From Rhynchobatus australiae (lineage: Eukaryota): a stretch of 64,000 bases of DNA. Below, in pieces: positions 12,501 to 24,726 of this stretch (positions are counted from its first letter, which is position 1; each line of letters begins with the position of its first letter). The stretch lies in NCBI GenBank assembly GCA_034780895.1, contig JAUZTB010000064.1:118914536-118978535 (forward strand), in the 5' to 3' direction. Under the pieces are notes generated by a model. The model was given only the letters and a program-made list of their open reading frames with translations. It had not been told where the DNA came from and did not search any database. A program made the position numbers and the translations under genes.

Positions 12501-13896
12501 GTTAAATTTGATGTATTGTAAGACAGCTAGAAGAAGTGTGATGGATGAGGATGGGACAGTGTGAAATAAAGTATGAGAAAAGCTTTGAAAAAGCTGAGGT
12601 TTATGCAGGAGGAGCACTAAAATCTGGTGGTGCCCTCGAAGTGTTCTGGTCTGGTGGTGACAAGGGCATGAATTAAGGTTCCAGCTGGCTCATTAGAAAA
12701 AGTAGCGAACAGTATTACTGTTGGAGAGGCAAAGTTAAAGTCCACCCTACTGTTGTGGAGTGGTTTCCAAAATCTACCTTTAATCTAAATTCAGCATCTG
12801 TAGAGGAGTCAGTTTATCAATGTGGGAGTGTCTGTTACAATTCTCTGCGCAATCATTCAAATAATTTCTGAACAATAATGGAAATAGATGGCATCACACC
12901 ACTGATTAGCTGGTGGGAAACTCCAAAGTTCCCAGGTTCAGTCTTAGGTTTGGCCTCTCTCAGCAGCTGACATGGTCTATGAGGAGGGGGCTTCATTTTG
13001 CCACGGAGTCCCAGGGTGAGGCTCCTGCTCCTCATGACTCTGCAGTGAATCTGATGGGAAGTCCCATTTCCATGTATATTGGGTGCAGATGAGAGAAGGA
13101 AACACTGTTCGCCAATTAGCTATCAAGTTCTCAATGTAGTAGTTCAGGCTTGAAGCTTAATCGACATGATTTCTCAGGCATTTTGGGGTTGAAAAGAGAA
13201 TATGCCTGTGAAAATCTATTGGCCTGCAAGTTTCACAGGGATCCTCCCAGTCTCCAGATGTAACTCAGTTCAGTGGTCAGCAATACTCCAATAAGATGAC
13301 ACTTTCAGTTCTTTCCACCNNNNNNNNNNTTTGTATATATTTTTATTATGAATAAAGTTTATATTTTTTAATTAATAAAGATATTTTAATGAATTTCAGG
13401 GCACTTAAGATCATCTGCAATAATCCACAATTTATAAAATTTACCTCAAGTTAACTTCACTGAAAACACTAGTAAACATTATAAATGAGGACCAACTATG
13501 TGTTAGTTACCAGTCACATAGTTGAAACCACTGCTCTGGAAACCACCACTGTTAGGGGTCTCACTCAGCTTACACAAGTAGGAGAAGCCACATAATAAAA
13601 ATGTCATCTCTCAGTAAATTTCAGCCGAGGTTTAATGCTGCAGGCTAATTTTCTGTGTCAAGGATCTAGCATTTATTTTCTCCTACCTCCCAATCGTTTT
13701 AGTTGGGTCAAATGAGCAAATGATTTGGGGAAACCCAAAAAAGTGGGAAGAAGAAAAATCAAGGTAACTTTCATTTACCTTGATGGAAAAAAGGAATTAA
13801 AGAAGTAAGCAAATTTAAGGAGATTGTAATGACTGCTCTGACTATAACAGTACAATTGTTTACCCAGAATAAATGGGTTTGCTTTCCTCCCGTCAG

Positions 13897-14017
13897 CAAC
13901 AGCAGCTACAACAACAGCAACATGAACAGATGCAACGACATCTCCCCAGACCACATCCACAGTGCAAGGACCAGCAGAGGAATCCATATCCTGTTCAACA
14001 GGTCAATCAGTTCCAAG
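13897..14017 (+). CDS. MAML3: Mastermind-like 3, penultimate coding exon (121 nt)
   Basis: Acceptor tttcctcccgtcag| and donor CAAG|gtaagt. Translates QQQLQQQQHEQMQRHLPRPHPQCKDQQRNPYPVQQVNQFQ(G); QRNPYPVQQVNQFQG is MAML3-like. Phases 0 and 1 fit both neighbouring exons. Confidence 0.92.
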
Positions 14018-15899
14018 GTAAGTCTGTGTAACATGCTGTTTGATCTGTACAATTGCATGTATGATATTAAATATGCTGTTCTGGTTATTGGTTATAAAAC
14101 TATTGCTGAATGGATGCAATAGTTTTTAATTAGGCGATGGTCTTTGTTTCATAAATAGAGTCACAGAAAGATGCAACACAGAAACAGGCCCTTCAGCTCA
14201 CTGAGTCAACTGACCATGAACCACCCACTTACACGAATCTTACACTGCAACTGAAACATAACCTGGTTTGGAACAGCAAAGAAGATTTGGATATTAAAAG
14301 TATTTGTTCATGAAAATTCTGCAGTCCACTAATTTAGAGAAACAAGGAGTGATGAGGCTTTGTAGTGTGACACTATATTCTCAACCTTGGACAAGAGGTG
14401 CTGCCTCTTGATTAGGAGTGAAGGAATTCATATCCAGTGTATGAGCTTTAAATTTGGATGTCATTGTTCCACAAGTAAAATAGAAGCTTGTGTAACATTG
14501 CTCATAGAGAGGCAGATGTTGTGGTTATATTACAATAAACATGTGTCACATGTAATGAACAAGACTGGACAACATATTATCCTGTGATAAAGTGGCTTTT
14601 AATAGAAATTTTATTTAATCTAATGGGTTTTCTGTGAAAGGTGCATAATGAGCAGCCATAATAATAAGTAGAATTATTAAACCCATTTCTCAACCAACCA
14701 ATGTCCAGACAGAAACCAAGTATGTCTGTCTACAAATAGGTCTTTCCCCTCTCCCCTTCCCTCGTTTGCCAGAGATGGCTGAGAGTCAATTTTGTTCAAT
14801 AAACACTCATAAAGAGCGATTTTAAGAGTAATTTCAGAATTGCAATTGGGGCACATGTGTTTCCTGGAACATGTTATAAACTCATGCCAAAACTACAGTG
14901 GCATTGGAAGGGGTTGAGGAGATGATCTGACAATAAATACTTAGCCACAGCCCTTCTTTCTTGGGTAATTTTGTGAAAGGAGTTGTATTGCTTCTTCCCT
15001 TATGGAACATCGGAAATTTGTATTAACTTAGTGAAATTTCAGCACTTTGTTTGGTTATCACATTTTGTATCTCTCTTTGGTCATTCATTGATACTGTGTG
15101 ACCCAGATTACATTGGACAACCACAAGCTCGATCTGTAAAACACTAGGCTGCTCCTTTCTCAGCAGGAGGGACTTCATGAGTTTGGTCCAGTTTGAAGGA
15201 ACCCATTCCCTACACATTAGCCCTACAGGCAAAGGATCACTTTTATTAATATGTTGGAACATTAGTGTCTCAGGATGCTCAGGCTATCAGTTAGAAGATC
15301 GTTGCAGCCTAGATGAAGATATGCTCTCTGATGGACCTGTTTAATATTCTCTACATCTGGTTGTAAACATGAGCATTGCTCTTTACATTTATGCCTGGGT
15401 TTTTTTCCAGGGCTAGATGGGAGACAACTGCTTTTCTTTTGAAGGTTAGTAATTGCATCNNNNNNNNNNNNNNNNNNNNNNNNNNNNNNNNNNNNNNNNN
15501 NNNNNNNNNNNNNNNNNNNNNNNNNNNNNNNNNNNNCCACTGAACATGTATGTATCAAGGCACTCCAGATTACTCAGGCATGTTTATTCTCCCTTCTCCA
15601 TGGAGTAGGTTTCCACTCCATTCGCAATCAATTGGTATGTCCCCAAGATCTTCCACTTAATATGTTCAAGGACTCCAGGCAGCTGCCATGATTCATTCAT
15701 CCTGTGATAGGCTACCTTCCTTGATGTCTTCAAATTTCCAAGCCCTTTTAAGGGCTATCTTCCTGGAGAATTTGGTTGTTGACCCCCATGAGGATCTGAA
15801 CTCAGGGAAAAGCCCAAGAAACAATATCCCAGAACACGATAACCAAAGCCAGCTATGGATTTATATCTTATTCTATGAGTTATAACCTCAAATAAAAAA

Positions 15900-17340
15900 A
15901 AACTCCACCAGCTTTGTCAAACATGGTTTTGCTTTCATTAGTCCATTTTAACTGCCTAATCCTATTAATATTTTCTAAATGCCCTGCTACCATTTCCCTA
16001 ATAGCATTTTCTCTACAACTGATGTCAGGCTAACTAGTCTGTAGTTCCCCATTTTCTTTCTGCATTTCTTAAATAATGGGATTATGGTTGCTACTTTTTG
16101 ATCTGTGGAAGCTATTCTAGACACTTTGAAATTCTGGAAGGTGGCAATCAGGGTACCCATTATCTCCAGTGCCACACCTTTCAAAACCTTGGGATGGACG
16201 ACTTCAGGCCAGGGGATTTATTGGCTTTCAGTCCCGCCAATTTCACTAATGCTATTTTCTTTCCACTCCTCATTCACTTTAGACCTACTTCTCCCTACCA
16301 TTTTCAGGAGGTCTTCAGTGTTTTGCTTCATGAAGACTCAAAAGTATTTGTTTAACTTCTCTGTAATTTCCTTAATACCCCAACATAATTTTCCTGTCTC
16401 AGTCTGTTAGGGATCTTGTATGATAAGATGGACTCTTGATTTCCTAGTACAATAAAATGGACCCTTGACCTCATAATCTACCTTGTTATGACCTTGCACC
16501 CTGTTGTCTACCTGCACTTTCTCTTCAGCTATTACACTTCATTTTGTATTCTGTATTGTTTTACCTTGTACTGTCTCAATGCACTGTGTAATGAATAGAT
16601 CTGTCTGAACAGTGTACAAGACAAGCTTTTCACTATACCTTGGTACAATTGACAATAATAAACTAATTCCAAAATCTGCATTAACTTATGCTTACCTTTT
16701 CCTTCTTTCATATCTATGGAAGATTTTTAAATGTTTTTATGTTTCTTGCGAGATTACTCTCGTATTCAACTTTCCTTTGCTTTCTGAATTTGCTGAATTC
16801 TGAAATGTTCCCAATCCTCAGGCTTACTGCTCATTTTTCTTTGATCCAATAATATCTTTAACATCTCAGGTTAGGTATGGCTGGACCACATTTCCTGTTC
16901 TTTTTAAATGCCTTGAAGGGATATATATTTGCTGGATACCAAGTTTTAATGTTAGCCATTGCTTGCTTACTTTCAATGTAGTTTCCCAATCACCATTGCT
17001 AGCTCATGCCTCACACCTTCATTGTTTGCCTTGTTTAGATTTAAGGCCCTGATTTTGCATTGAACTAAGTCACTTTCAATCTTCATATAAAATTCTGTCA
17101 TTCCTAATGGCACCTTAATTGCAAAACTATTAATTGCATTACACAATTCTACATCTAAAACAGCCTGTTCCCTTGTTAGTTTTCCAATCTCTTGTAGCTC
17201 CATGAATTCATCCTCCACACTATTATTGCTAATTTGGTTTCCCCAGTCTATGTAAATTGAAGTCCCCCTTGATTGTTATATTGCCTTTGTTACAATTTCC
17301 TCTAATTTCCTGATTTGTACTATGCCCTACTTTACCACTA
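15900..17340 (-). mobile_element. Decayed CR1 ORF2 fragment with a nested Rex1-type tail (about 16410-16670, +)
   Basis: Minus-strand KVATIIPLFKK...GNYRLVSLTSVVEKML and TREQAVLD motifs. The insert matches the tail sequences at 35920-36056 and 58801-59003. Confidence 0.75.
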
Positions 17341-18559
17341 TCGAGTACTGATCTTTGTCACTGCAGCTGGGGTGTTGCCTCATCCCATTGTCCTTCTTAT
17401 TTCAAGTGCTCTCACCTATTTCTTGATGTCATTTGGAGTGAATCAGGTTGGCTGAAGAGTGGCTTCTGTGACATTGCAGTCTCAGTCGGAGGCTGAGATG
17501 GATCATTCACCTGGCATTTCTGGCTGAAGCTGGATTGAAATGCTCCAACCTCATCCTTTCGTATGGTTTGCTGGACTCCCCCATTGACAAGGAGGATGTT
17601 GATGGAGTCTCCCTCCCCTGTTAGCTGTGTAGTTGTCCCATACCAGTCATGTGATAGGATTACAGAGCTTTGATCTGACCCATTGGCTGAGGGATCTCCA
17701 AACTCTTTATGCTGCACACTTTACTCGTTTGCGCACATGTAGTCCTGTGTTGCTCCTTTATCAGACTGGAACCTCATTATTAGAAGTGAATTCTGCATCC
17801 TTATTGAACAAGAAATAGTCCCCTGTCATGGTAACTGAAGACTCAAAAATATGACGTTACAGATTCAATGCCACTGCTGCTGATGCCCCAAAGTGCTTCA
17901 TTAATGTCATGATTTGAGATTCTGGGTCTATCCTGCATCATCTCATTTTACATAAGGGCAGCCCCACACAACATGATGGAGAGAGGCCTCACCTAGTCCT
18001 CTAGAGCAGAACTTGTGCAATCTTATCATCTGTGGAGCTAGACCCGAGCTAACCTTAACTGTGCTCTGACTGCAGACCACTTGTAGCCATTGACTTGCCA
18101 TGAGCAAAGCCCCTGTCGTACCTCCCCTTGATGACACATGGTGAGCACCACACCAAATAATTGGCTTCCTCACCCCCTGATTTTGTAACAGCTGGGACCT
18201 AACTGAGATGGGAGCCCAAGAGTAAAGGAAGGGGCTAAAGAAAAGACGCTTACACCTTGTGCATCTTATGAACCAGAAGAGATTGTGAGATGAGGAGGGA
18301 TTGGGATATGAGGAAAGGGCTTAAGTGTGAGCATAACATCATTTTCAGTGAATGTCTATATATCCCCTAGCAATGGACTCCTTGTCAGCAACACCATAAG
18401 GCCTGTACTCTGTACTCCAGGCCACCAAGCTAAAAGACACAAGCTTGTTCATTGCCATTCTATTATTATTGTTGATTCCAATTGTGTGCCCGCTTCTGCT
18501 GCAAGAAGGCAGGTATTGGTCTTGAGTGTGTTGCGATATGTCTATATTATATGCCTACC

Positions 18560-19000
18560 ATGGCTGAAATGCTGGCAGGGTCCATAGTCTATGAGATGTA
18601 GGTGTGATGGTTGGAATAGCAGTGAGTGTGTGAGAACGTGGTGGTGCAAATGAATGATAGGAATCATGACGAGTGGATATTGCTGGTAGGTGAGTAATGG
18701 GGATGTACTGCATGGAGCTGTATCTGAGGGCAAAGGTGTATTGATGTCTTCACTGGCCTTGGTCCTGCTTGCAAACTCACTAATTTATGCCACTACACCC
18801 ACGCTTTTGCTCCTGGCAATGATCTTGGGTGTAACCTTCCACTGTTGCACCAGTGCGGATGTAGATTGCTTCCTTGGACTCCACTTGCTCTTTTTTTCTC
18901 TTCAACTCAGCCACAGGGCAGGCAGGACTATGCTGGGGAATTGGAGGGGCTTCTTTGTTCCCTGCTTCAACACGACTTCCAGCAAGCTTCCCAAACATTG
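18560..19000 (-). mobile_element. Possible decayed Harbinger-type Myb/SANT remnant
   Basis: Frameshifted minus-strand reading loosely resembles the APRF...V.E..RR...RKPS..L..QW..I.ARS pattern. Weak and from recall only. Confidence 0.3.
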
Positions 19001-19074
19001 GGAATGAATTGCATCTTCATTTTCAGGCAACAGGCACCTCCCCTTTAGGAGGTGCAGACATGGTTTCAATCAGG

Positions 19075-19200
19075 ATCAACGAACAATCTGCTGGAGGAAC
19101 AATCAGCGGATGTGGGGCATCTTTGGGAGGAAAGGAATTGTTGACTTTTCAGGTCAAAACCCTGATGCAGATTATTTGTTGCTCCAGATTCTTGTGTTTC
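19075..19200. mobile_element. Penelope-related hammerhead-like element, internally deleted palindrome
   Basis: aacaatctgctggaggaac...ggaattgttgacttttcaggtcaaaaccctgatgcag...ttgttgctccagatt matches the 37648-37760 copy in both orientations. Confidence 0.6.
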
Positions 19201-20459
19201 CGTGATTTCAACCAACACCAGCTATTTTCAACTGGTGCTTACCACTCACAATACTGCATCTTATGGAGTTACTCTAAGATACTTACCAGCATGGCCGGCA
19301 CCACAGTGAAGCCAATCACAACAACAAGGTGGGAACACAAGTTCTCAATGCATTTAGCATCAGTTAATCACATATTGCAATTCCAGCACTCTTTTTCCAG
19401 CACAATCCATTTTCTACCCACCATCTGATTTTGGCATTTGTATTGCCATTGTACCAGTGTGCCAATTAATCTATTTTATCATGGTGTTGTCCTGTGAATT
19501 GTACAATAATAATTAATTGCACCAACGGGAATGCCAATGTAACATTGAGGAAAAGTAATTGGTGGCCGGGAGTATGTTTTAGCATTGTCTCTGAAATTGA
19601 GTATTACAGTTGGGGGTGTCTGACCTTAACTTGCTTCTTCATCCTGACACTTGTTTTACCAAAACAAGTTCGCACCACTGAGCCACCTGCAGCACTGTCA
19701 GGGATTCAGCCATGTGCTCCCTTTGATCCGTGTTATTTGTGAAATCGCCTCTTTGCTGAATGAATCATTTCACATATGGGGTTTGCCAGAGTATTCAGAT
19801 GGATTTGCAGAGAACTGTGAAACTAAATGTTAACACTAACACAATGATTCACTCATCAGTGAAATCAGTGAAATTGCAGCAACTCAAAACGCCTTCGTTC
19901 CCACTAAGGGCCTTTTTGGAAAGACACCTCACATGCCTTATTTGTCAGTTTTTTAGAGTGCTTTACATATGTTAAGAGAAAAACCTCTTTAAAACTGATG
20001 TGAAAATTTTAATTTAATACTATTTTACATGCAATTATCCCCAATCTTAAGTTGTTCTGCAAGATTTTAATAATTAAGGCGCTGTCAGTGCAGGAGTAAC
20101 TTCACTATAAGTATGTAGATCAGTAAAGACCCAAGTTCGTTCCATGTGGTTACAACAGACAGCTATTTGATTTGCTCCAATTAGATCACCCTAAGGAGGG
20201 AATGTTAACTCTCTGATCAGATCTGAAGTTGTTGGAGGTGAGGAGAGAAGGTGTAGTATGATACTTCTCCCCTGCACTTTGCCCGAACAACACCTCCCAG
20301 TTAAATATAATGCCATCACTGATTATTTAGGCTCACACAGGAAGAAAGGCCACTTGTATGGCATACAGCTTGGATTCATATAGCGCTTTTAATCATTCCC
20401 AGTCTTCATGGGAGTTATCGCTAAACAAACTATAACACTAAAGATTAGGACTCACAAAA

Positions 20460-20577
20460 AGTCTTGGACTGGAAACATTAATGCTGTTTCTCTTTCCTCA
20501 GATGCTGGCTGACCTGCTAAGAGTTTCCAGCATTTAGTTTTTACTTCATATTTCCAGCATCTGCAGTTTTTTGATTT
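20460..20577 (+). mobile_element. Penelope-related element arm
   Basis: gaaacattaatgctgtttctctttcctcagatgctggctgacctgct...tttccagcatctgcagttt. Confidence 0.6.
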
Positions 20578-20819
20578 GCAATAAACATGAGTTGGTGTCC
20601 ATAGAACTACATGAAACTATAAGCTGCTATCTTAGCGAGAAGGAAGCAAAGTACATACATTATTTTGCCATCTGCTTAAATGCCTGCAAGAAGGAACAAA
20701 GTAATCCTGCCTTATTCCACCATTTGAACTTGTGTACTGTATATGCTGGTTGTTATTGGAAAGGCCTCATTCTAAGGACCCTAGCTCTAATGTTAAGTGC
20801 AAGATACCAGCATATTAAG

Positions 20820-21112
20820 TGAACATAGAAAAGTATGGCACAGGAACAGGCCCTTTGACCCACAATGTCTGTGGTGACCATGATGGCAATTTAAACTGCA
20901 CATCCACCTGCATATGATCTGTATCCTTCAATTCTCTGCCTGTTCATGTGCCTGTCTAAATGCCTTTTAAACATTGCCATTGTATCTGCTTCCACCACCT
21001 CCCATGGCAGTGCATTCCAGGCATCTACCACTCTCTGTGTAAAAAATTTGCCATGTAAATCTCCTTTAAACTTTCCCTCTCTCATCTTAAAGCTATGCCC
21101 TCTAGTATTTGA
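20820..21112 (-). mobile_element. CR1 LINE 3' end
   Basis: Minus-strand ORF TRGHSFKMREGKFKGDLHGKFFTQRVVDAWNALP is the CR1 ORF2 C-terminus. Confidence 0.85.
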
Positions 21113-23729
21113 AAGTGCTTCATGCATCTGTCTGAATGTCTTTTCTCAACTATTTTACTAAAGACGTATATCTGTTTATATTACTTTGTACCTCTGCTCA
21201 AAGAGCCAAGAGTGGAACAATAGGCAGAAGTGTTTACCATTCATAGGCTTGTACTCTGTGGTGTAATTTTAGACCATTTTAGTTTGAAACTATTTAACAT
21301 CCAGCAAGCTTTTCATATTTGCATTTACTCAAAAGAACAACTTATCCCTTCCAATTTCCATTTGTTTCACACTGAAATTCTGGCCAGAACACCCATCGAG
21401 AACAGATTACTTACCACAAGGATTTACCATACTACTATTGCTTGTTATTATTCTCTGCTGTCTTCCAACAGTACTCCCATATACAATAGTGAAATAGCTT
21501 CTCCTTACAACTATTTTGATTTAATAGTTTTATAAATAATGAATTAAAGGAGTGCACAAGGATGAAGTTATTCATCTTTATAAGTACCTCATTTACCGCA
21601 CTATTTTTGATTAAGAAAATTTACATTTTGTTTTGTTTTTTTTCATTGACTTTCCTTCCTTCTCCTCCCCTCCCTCCTAAACATTGGCTCATTCTCATGC
21701 ATTGTACCATGGCTATTGGTACCTCAGTCATTCTTTATTCATGAGGCTGTGATAGTGATTCTCAGCAAGCTCTCCAATGATTTGAGACAGTAAAACTGGG
21801 CCCAGTGATATCCCCTGGAATGATTTTCTGACAGGGACTGCTGGATAGAGAATTTCCGCAGGGGTTCTCCTGATCTCCCACTGTAACTTCGGTGGAAACC
21901 TCAGAGGAATGGAGTGAATTGCTGCTTGTGCTTGCTGCTCAGCATTTCCACTTAGGTTATGACAGGACGTCAGCCAAATCACCATCACAATTCAAATCTC
22001 AGATCTTCTGAGTGGAACGGCACTGATTTTGTTTCCATTTTTCAAGTCAGTGAGCACAATATTATGCCCTGACAAGGTAACGTAGCGCACACCAAGAGTG
22101 GAAATGCTAAAGATTTTCACAGATATATTAAAAGAAATAGAGGACAGCTAGGAGTAATGTGGTACCTTACTGGTAGGTGCAAGGATTATTCCAATTGAAG
22201 GAAGAGGCAGACATGCTAAATGGCTCTCTTGAATTGACCTTCGTAATAGAGGATGAGAATAAATTGCAAAGGAATACATGGAAGACTAAAAGTCAAAAAG
22301 AGGAATAAACTGAATTCAATTTAAATACAAAAATAGCCATAGAAAGCGATAGATGGGAGTGGAAGTATGTGGAGATGTTGATAGATTTAAGTGAGTGAGC
22401 AACAACATGGCAGACAGAATTTAATGCAGGAAAGTGCNNNNNNNNNNNNNNNNNNNNNNNNNNNNNNNNNNNNNNNNNAAGCTGGGAACTTTGATGAATA
22501 AAGATATTCAGATGCCCAGATACAGAAATCATTAAAATTCTGATAGACTGGTACAGAAGCTATTTATAAATTCTGATAGAATTTTAACCTTGATCTCAAG
22601 TGAGCTGGAATACTCACTGGGTGGAATTCACTAGTGTTCCAGCTCTAGTTAGATTCCAACTGGAGTATCCCGCTTAGTCCAATACTGGAGCTGAAAGGTT
22701 TAAATTGTGAGGAATGATTGGATAGGTTTGTATGCACTTCCAGATAGAAAATCAAAGAGTCTTCTAAGTATGGTAATATTTAAGATGATTGAAGGAGCTG
22801 ATAGATAGGATTGATAGAGAGAAAAAATCTATTTCCCCTGTTGAGACAGCTGAAGAGGGGATTTGACTTAGGTATCAAGTATCAATGGCACCATCGATAT
22901 TTTTTGAAGGTGCTGCTGCTCTGTATGTCAAATAGGGTTGGAACACACCTATTTTCTATAGAATTACCCTTCTTTTAGCAGACGATCCCTTAGAGAACCA
23001 TCAGCTGACAGCAGTGCCTGGTCAACTCATCTCTAACTTTTGTACCTGCACATTGAAACACAGAAGTCAGAGGGACAAGGTGGAGGTCAGATGCCTCCCA
23101 CTCCTCCACTGAATCCGAGTTGGACAACTATCCCAACCTGAGGGGCCGGATGCAATTAGCATCCAACTCTTCAGCTGTACACTTGGAATGGCTGGCAAAT
23201 GTGGTATTAGGTTAAAATTATAAGTGCAGGTAAGCTGTTTGTTCATTCTTCATTTTTTAGTTTTGATTTTTTTTCAGTTTTAATTAACTTCTAATTTAGG
23301 GTTTTTAAGTAAATTTATTATTTATATATATATTTTAATTAATTCAATCCATTTGGACTCTGAGCTGTTGAGGTGTGAGTTTTGACCGTGGGTAGCATCA
23401 AGCATAACATAGCCCATTGACATACAGAACAAGACACTTTGGTTGTATAGTAACTCAGAAACCACCAGAAACCTCCACCATCAACGTACCAAGTTCAAAT
23501 TCGTGCTCAAGTTCCACCTTGCAATTGTGATACTGAACAATATTAAGTGGACTGGGACTAAAGAATGCAAATTGGAATCGTGGCAGGTTGAAAGATCCAA
23601 GGAGGCAGTGAATACTGGAATTCTGTAGACTGCATCAGGTTTCTTTACAGAGCCTGATAAACCATTGCAGATTTTAAGAATTGTTTATTATTTATTGTTT
23701 TGCCAGTCAGAGTTGAGTTGGATCACTTC

Positions 23730-24000
23730 TTGTGAGTGCTACACATTGCCTCAACTCCCCAGATTGTCAAATGGGAGGAGGACCAGAAAAAACAAATCAG
23801 CTGAGGTTCAAGTTCATGATTGATTTCCAACAACTCAGACTGGCAAGTGCTTGCATGCTTGTGAGCAGTGATGTTAGGATGAGGTCCAAATGCAATGCAT
23901 CATTTCGTTAAGAAGCCTACTTGGTTCACACATGGCGAATGGCCTCTTGGATGAAGAACCAGATATCTGGCAGTACCTGTTGAACTATATCCCAGCTTCA
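23730..24000 (+). mobile_element. LF-SINE-like fragment
   Basis: gagtgctacacattgcctca...aaatcagc...ggttcacacatggcgaatggcctcttgg...gaactatatcccagc resembles the recalled LF-SINE consensus. Related copies near 20120-20365, 47970-48165 and 54000-54135 (-). Confidence 0.5.
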
Positions 24001-24559
24001 GGAACCAGGAAGGGGCACCAATACTAGTATTGTATATCTCCTTCTCCTGATCAGGGTTTTTTTGATGCTGCTGTGCTGATTTCTATGTGGTTGCCTTTGA
24101 ATAGAATGTATTGCTTTTATCACTTTCGGATAATTCACCTCGTGTGGATGTGAGTGAAACTGCAAACTAACGAGCAGACCTTTTATTAGGTGTATTATAT
24201 TTAGTGACCTTGAGTGAGCTGGTAGCAAACTTCCAGCAGTTGAGAGAATCCTCGCTTTTAATGGTGTGCTATACTACAAAACTAAGGCAGGGAACAGTAT
24301 TCATCCTCCCAGAATACTGCAAGTCAGTGGTCTGTGTACAAAGTGCCACTGTACCTCTGGACAATAAATAGGAAAAGCTGCTGGATCTCTGCTGTTGGTT
24401 GTACCCAGTGGCCTTATTTGTAAGCTTGTGAGATATATCTGAATGTTGGCAATTTATAGGAATGTGTTCAGTTTTAATATCTTCATGTTTGAATCACATA
24501 ATCACAAGGACCAGGCACCAGAGTAGAGAATTGTACCTGTTCAATGACCGGAAGGGCGA

Positions 24560-24726
24560 GACGTGGCACAGATCGTAGAGCTGCTGTCTCACAGCTCATG
24601 TGATCCAGGTTCTGTCCTGACCTCCAGTGCTGTCTGTGTACGGTTTGCACATTTGCCCTGTGACTGTATGGGTTTCCTCCCATTTCCCAAAGATGTGCAG
24701 GATAGTAGGTTAATTGGCCACTGTAA
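24560..24726 (+). mobile_element. HE1/V-SINE-like element
   Basis: tRNA-like head, then gctgtctgtgtacggtttgcacattt...gggtttcctcc...ccaaagatgtgc. Confidence 0.75.

Noticed and set aside
18874-19428. 184-aa plus-strand ORF
   Set aside because: It runs across unrelated repeat fragments with no recognisable domain; a chance ORF.
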